Source of the DNA: Amoebophrya sp. A120 | Taxonomy: Eukaryota > Protista > Dinoflagellata | Length of the DNA: 64,000 nucleotides | NCBI GenBank assembly: GCA_905178155.1 | Contig: CAJINV010000002.1 | Span: 12,409,621 to 12,473,620 of the forward strand | Reading direction: 5' to 3' | Shown here: positions 58,499-64,000 of the stretch, piece by piece | How the letters are laid out: each line of letters begins with the position of its first letter | Numbering within the stretch: the stretch's first letter is position 1 | Translations under genes and position numbers: made by a program | Notes under the pieces: model-generated | Told to the model about the DNA's origin: nothing | The model's input: the letters and a program-made list of their open reading frames with translations, nothing else | Databases searched by the model: none

Positions 58499-59214
58499 GT
58501 TGACACGCGGTGTTCGTTCGCGCTGTTCTCGTCCCGAAGTGCGACACGTCGTCTCTGGAAGGGCAGAGTTAGTTAGATAGACGATACATACGAACTCGAC
58601 GCTCTTGTAAGAAGTTCTAGTATGACTTCTATGTGCAAACTCAAAGTACGCGGCAGCTTTTGCGAATGAAAAGCGCAGCTTCAAATGTGGCCGCAAAACA
58701 GAGAATTAGTTGCGGTGGCAGAGGTCCGGATGGGCAGTTGTCGGGATGTTGCCGAATCATGCAGTAATTTCCCTCCTGGCACTTGTGACTTGTCTCAACT
58801 CTCAAGGTCTCAGAAACGAGCCCGGATGAACACATTCAAACTAGTCATGGGCGTTTCTACTAAAAAAACGACGACACCGTGCTTTGCAGCACAGTTCGCG
58901 GGAATCCACCACTGATTTTGTTGTATGCCTTTCCCATTACTGTATCGAATCTTTACCATCCTGTGCCTCTGGGACACTTCTACCTCGTTGTAAGCTGTCG
59001 TGATTTACAGGGTACTTAGGAGATCGAACGTGCTAAGTAATTCTACAGTCTGGCACACATCCTCGAGCCAGAACTTGACGGGTATTTTCGAAATGCTTTT
59101 AGATTCATCAAGAGGCTGGGTAAAAAAAGAGTCGTGACGACCAGCACGACAAGAAATACATTGTCCTAAAACTCAGGCGCATGAACATTGGTACGCAAGT
59201 CCTCGTCCTGAATT

Positions 59215-62200
59215 TTACTTTATGTCGGAGACCATGACTGGCAGATTGAATCCTTCCTTTGCCGAAACGCTGTTGCGAAAGAAGTTCCCACGGCCTGCCG
59301 TGCTCGATCTCCTCTTCCCGAATACATCTGCTGCCGCCTCGGCTTTTCTAACGGCCGATTGGAATAGATTCTTGGAGCTCCTTACTGCAGGAGCAGCAAC
59401 AGGAGCGTTACTCGTCGCTATTGTCGGGTTTGTGGCTGACAGTGACGACCCTGGTGCTGGTGCATTTGAGCCTCTCTTGGTAGTAGCAAGTGCGCCAGCA
59501 CTAACACCCTTGCTTGTCGGGTTGTTGCTGTTGAGCAGCGATCCGGCAGCGGGTGCTATTGTTTTCTGGTCTGTGTCTTTGAGGGAGCTGCTGATCGCGC
59601 CCAGGGTGGAATGCAGAGCCGAGATGGCACCAAATGCGTCGTCAGTCGCCCCAGCAAAATCCTGGTGGAACTCGGTGAGCGTGTCGGTCTTCGCGTTGTT
59701 GGTCAGCTCGTCCAGCTCCGCCTCGCGCTTCATCAGCAGCTCCTTCAAGGACTTAACTTCGCTCGTGCGCCGGTCCAGTTTCGCCACCAACTTCTCCAGC
59801 ACGAGCCGCGTTTGCCGCTCCGGCAAGTTGCGGTCGTCCAGCGGGTCCGCGTTGCCCCGGAATGCCAGCAGCTGCTTAGCGGCCGCCATCGGGTCCTTGT
59901 TCGCGTTGACGAGGTCGTCGTCCTCCTCGTCAGCGTCCGCGCTGTTCGCGTCGGCGGCGCTCTTCGGCGCGAAAAACTCCTTTCCCACCACCATGAAGGG
60001 GTCCTGCACCAGCTTTGTCACGCGGTTGGGGAACTTCCGCAAGCGCGCGTGCATATCGTGCATGGTGTCCAGCCGCATCAGAAAGTCCTGGTGCGAAAAG
60101 CTGCGTTCCACCCCGCTCACCGGGTCCAGCAACAAAAACACGATGAAGGGGTAGAACGGGTGCCCGTCAATCTCCGCGATGTGCTCAAACTGCCCCGGCG
60201 GCGCGCGCGCCAGTAGCGCCTCGAACTGGTACTGCGGCAGCTTGATGAGTTTGCTTTTTTTGCTCTTCCGCTTCTTGTTGCCCTTCGACGTTCCTTGGGA
60301 GGTTTTGGTTTCTTCCTCCTCGTCCGAATCCGACGAGGGTTCCCCGTCTGCGGAGGTGGCGGACTTCTGCGCCTGCGCGGTCAGCGCGCACAGTTTTGCG
60401 TAGTCCTCGGAAGCCATGGCGACCAGTTCCTGTGCCTCCACAAAGTCGGTTGCAATCCGGGCCGTCACGTCGCGGCCAAACTGCTGCCGCTGCTCCAGGT
60501 CACTCAGATACAGGTGCAGCTTCTCGACGCGGTGTCGCTTCCAAGGATGGCGCAAAATCTGCGTGTCCTCCAGCTGCTCCAGAGTGTCCTCAATAGATTT
60601 CTTCTGGTCCTTGCCACCCTTGTACGCATTCGCCGTGGTGTCGAAGTAGTCCACGTCGCCCTTGCGGATCTCCTCGCCGTCCCGCGTGCCATCCGTAGCA
60701 GCCGTGTCCACGACATCCTGCGCCGCGGCCGCAACATTCGTGGGTGGGCTTGCGGCAGCCGTGCTGTCTGGCACGGGTGGGTTGTCGTCCTGCAAGGGGA
60801 CCGGCATCTGCACGGAGCCGCGCTCGGAAATCAGGTGCTTCTGCGGAATCGTGACGCGGAGGTAGAATTCGTTGTTGATCAAAATCCGGTTTTCTTCCAT
60901 CGAAAACGCGTGCAACAGCTGGTCCTGGTCCGCGAGCAGCGTGACCCCGTCCTCGAGCAGAATGCTGGCGTTGGTGGTCGAGCCGGATGTGAGGTCTTTC
61001 AGCAGCGTGTCCATGGGCTGCAGCGTGGTTTCGCAAGCGTTGTCGTCGTGCAGTTCGTCGACCAGTTTCTTGTGCTCTTTGCGGACCCGCGCGGCGACCG
61101 TCGGCTTGGTGAGACAGATGAATACGTGCACGCTGTCGTAGTTCAAGATCTGGCAGCAGACCGTCTGCGCCGCCGGGCCGGTGACGCGCACGTCTGCGTC
61201 CGGCGCGCCCCCGATCGTGATCGGCTGCCCGTCCTGCAACTGGCACACCACCAGGTCGGAGAGTGCCTGCGTGGGGTGGATGATGCTCACGTAGGGGAGC
61301 TTCTCCGCGCGGCATTTCTGCGTCAGCGCGGTGCGCTCCGACAGCGACCCGTTTTTGTAGGTGGACAAGATGGTGGCGCCCCACAGCTGTTGTTGCGTCT
61401 TGAACATGAGTTCGGAATCCGCCTTGGCATCGAGGTAGGCGTACCGTAGGTTGGCGATCTTCAGGAAGGTGTCTTGCAGCATGTGTGGCTGGAACACCAA
61501 ACAGCTGCAGCTACCGGCGTCGGTCACGCGGTGCGTGTACTTGCGGAAAAAGGTCAGGCCAAGCGCCGCGCTCTCCCCAAACAGCGCGTTGGCGCCCAGG
61601 GTCGCAATCACCTCGTTCTTCTCGTTCCAACGCTCGATTTCCCCCGACAGGACCAAGTACATGCAGTGCCCAGCGTCGCCAGCCTTAAAAATGAACTCAC
61701 CGGCAGCGAACACCTCGAGATCTCCGTTGGGAAGCACCTGCTGCGCCGCGCCCCCGGATGAACCGCCTCCGGACGCACCAGCAGGTCCACCACCGCCTCC
61801 CGCTCCAGGCCCGGCGATCGACTCCGAAACGCGTGGCCCACCACCTCCCTCTTCCAGCATTTTCTGCATCGCCATCATGGCTTCATGCTGCTCTTCGAGC
61901 TCCTTCTTCAGTCGGTCAATCTCGCCCTGCGCCGCAGCTTTCGCGTTCGTTGTCGAAACCTGAAATTAGGAACGAAAAAATTGGAATTGCTGAATGCCGA
62001 GAAACAGCACCAGCAGGATGAGAAAGTGATACAGATACACACAAGTCGAATCAAGAAAAAAAGAACTGAACGTACGTTCGCCACAGCCGAGGTTTTAATG
62101 GACTTGACGGACTTCGCGAAGTGCAGTGTCGAAATAGTTTCCTGCACATTGTCCTCCGCCGGCGACAGAGCGGTGAGCATGATGGTTCGACTGTTTCCCG

Positions 62201-63125
62201 CCAGCGCGTCGCGCAGGATGAAGGTCAACTTTGAGTTTCGAAAGGGCGCAGTTTTCCCTTCCCCCTTCGCCAGTGCGGCGATCACCATGGCCAACGCGGT
62301 GAGCGACTTGTTGATATTCGTTGCCTCCTTCATCCGGTCGCCCGCCGCGCCGGTCTTTTTTGCGCGCTCGGAGCCCGCCAAATCGACCAAGTTCACTTTG
62401 GAGGTTTTGGCCTGCCCGCCCTCCTCCTGGTCCAGCTCCAGTGCGAAGACGCAGTGCGACCGCGAACTGACCGCGTTCATCTTCGTGGCCGCCACGGACC
62501 GGGTTCCGAGTCCGCGGTCCATCTGCACAAGGCACTCGTCGCTGGACGCCGTGGGGACCTCCGTGAGTCCCGGGATAAAAATCCCGAGCTTGGGGTGCTG
62601 CTTCACCTCGAGCTTCGGCGGTTCGTACCCTTCCGTGCCCAGCTTGGGATCGAGCAGGTCGTGCACGATCTCGTTGTAGATTTCCAAAAAAGACACCTTC
62701 GTCCCGAACTTGAACCGGCTGGGGTCTTTGTCCTTCATTAACGACTCGTACAGGTCCTCCAGCATCCGCGGCAGCAGCCCGCGGAGGTCGTCGGGGCCCC
62801 CGATCACGGAGTAGGACTTGCCGGCCCCGGTCTGTCCGTAGGCGAACATGGAGACGTTCAGGCCGCTGTACAGGGTGTCCAGCATCATCCGCCCCAAATC
62901 GGCCATCACGGTCTCCTGGGTGATGAACTCCCGCTGCTTGTCGTGGCTCCAGTACGCACGGTCGAACTCAAACGTCTTCTCCTGTCCGTTCTCCGTGACC
63001 ACCACGTGCCGTCCCTGGACGGTGTCGTCCGGCATGTCCACGCACAATTTGCTGTCCAGGTCCTTCTCGCGCTGGTTAAACGGCCGGCACCGGGTCACCA
63101 CCATAATATTGTTTGCGTCCGACAT
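59215..63125 (-). CDS. Kinesin-3-like motor with cNMP-binding domain and FHA-like domain; exons 63125-62076 and 61959-59215
   Basis: VVTRCRPFN.RE, FEFDRAYWSHD, AYGQTGAGKSYS, SSRSH, LVDLAGSER, PFRNSKLT; cNMP FKAGDAGHCMYLVLSG...FGESAAL; FHA-like ITIGGAPDADVRVTG. Confidence 0.9.
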
Positions 63126-64000
63126 CTTCTTGTTCCGTTTCCGTGTTGGCAAAAATTTCTCGTCAAAGAGTTTGCGCCAGGTTCAAGATGCTGCGGGTCC
63201 TCGTCGTGGAGTTGTAGATCAATGATCTTTTTTCGCCGCAAAGCCAGCTTTCTCGGATTTTTTCAAGATTTCTTGCCGGAATAACGACTAATGCTCAAGA
63301 TTTTCTTTATCTTTCAACGCGAAGATAATTACCAGTTACTGTATTGATGCAGATGTTGCCAAAAGCGGGATGCGCGAGTGATGCAAACATCTTGAAGCGT
63401 TAGAAGGGGAGGAGAGTTTATTGGTTCCTGGAAACAAGTCAGAATGTGTCCGATTTTCCTTCTTGGAATGGTGCGTTAATTCGCATGCTTACTGCACAAA
63501 CGTGCACGCGTTTTCGTGATGATGTATTCTATCTTCACACGACATCATCAACCATGTAATCATAGATACTTTTCTTGTAGTTTGGACGCTTTGGCTGAAC
63601 GAGAGGAACGGGTGGTGTGTGACAGCCATCCGCTGCAGGGCGTACGATTCACCGAAGATTATCTTATGCCAACACAAGCTGTACGTCACCGAATGAACAA
63701 GTAGCGCACGACCTGTTTTTCTATAACCGAGTTCCTTGCATTTGCACAGACATCAAAGAGTTTGTTGTAAGGACGCAGCGACCCAACATGCATGGCATTT
63801 GTGGAGACCGAGAACAGCATTCGATTTCGACCGACGCTTCTGCTTGCCATTGCTAATGTAAGTATCGCTGGCGCCGCACTACAAACATCAACCTGCCACC
63901 TTTCAAAGCATGAATTAGCACGACTACCACGACCACTTCAAGACCAACGCTTTGCGCAACCAGAACCGAGTCAGTTCGATTCCCAGTTCGAACTTTGGTC

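Noticed and set aside
10886-63125. Functional cilia gene cluster (TTBK-like kinase, STK36, PIH1/kintoun, kinesin-3)
   Set aside because: The genes are interspersed with unrelated ones and orthology is not established, so chance is a sufficient explanation.
63930-64000. GTTCGATTCCC resembling a tRNA T-loop
   Set aside because: No T-stem, acceptor stem or cloverleaf can be formed.

Overview
This is eukaryotic nuclear DNA: gene-dense, with short GT-AG introns, AT-richer spacers and proteins carrying many low-complexity insertions. Every supportable protein-coding gene (about 18) lies on the minus strand across the whole 64 kb. That layout suggests a dinoflagellate-lineage (Amoebophrya/syndinean-like) genome, which is an inference only. 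Recognisable genes are V-ATPase subunit d, a SAM methyltransferase, a CK1/TTBK-type kinase, Fused/STK36, kynureninase, TTC27, a DusA-type tRNA dihydrouridine synthase, a PIH1-domain protein and a kinesin-3. The most unusual items are: (1) a tandem array of a 361-bp unit packed with stems capped by UUCG/CUCG tetraloops on the transcribed strand, starting at a gene's stop codon (candidate structured ncRNA or retrozyme-like element); (2) an adjacent intronless homologue of bacterial lipoprotein signal peptidase LspA with both catalytic Asp motifs; (3) two tandem fusions of a degenerate ELO elongase domain with a patatin lipase; (4) a predicted 577-aa protein with a central divergent histone H3 fold; (5) a kinesin-3 with an embedded cNMP-binding domain; (6) a 627-bp foldback MITE with a TAG target-site duplication inside an intron. 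Exon boundaries were inferred by eye.
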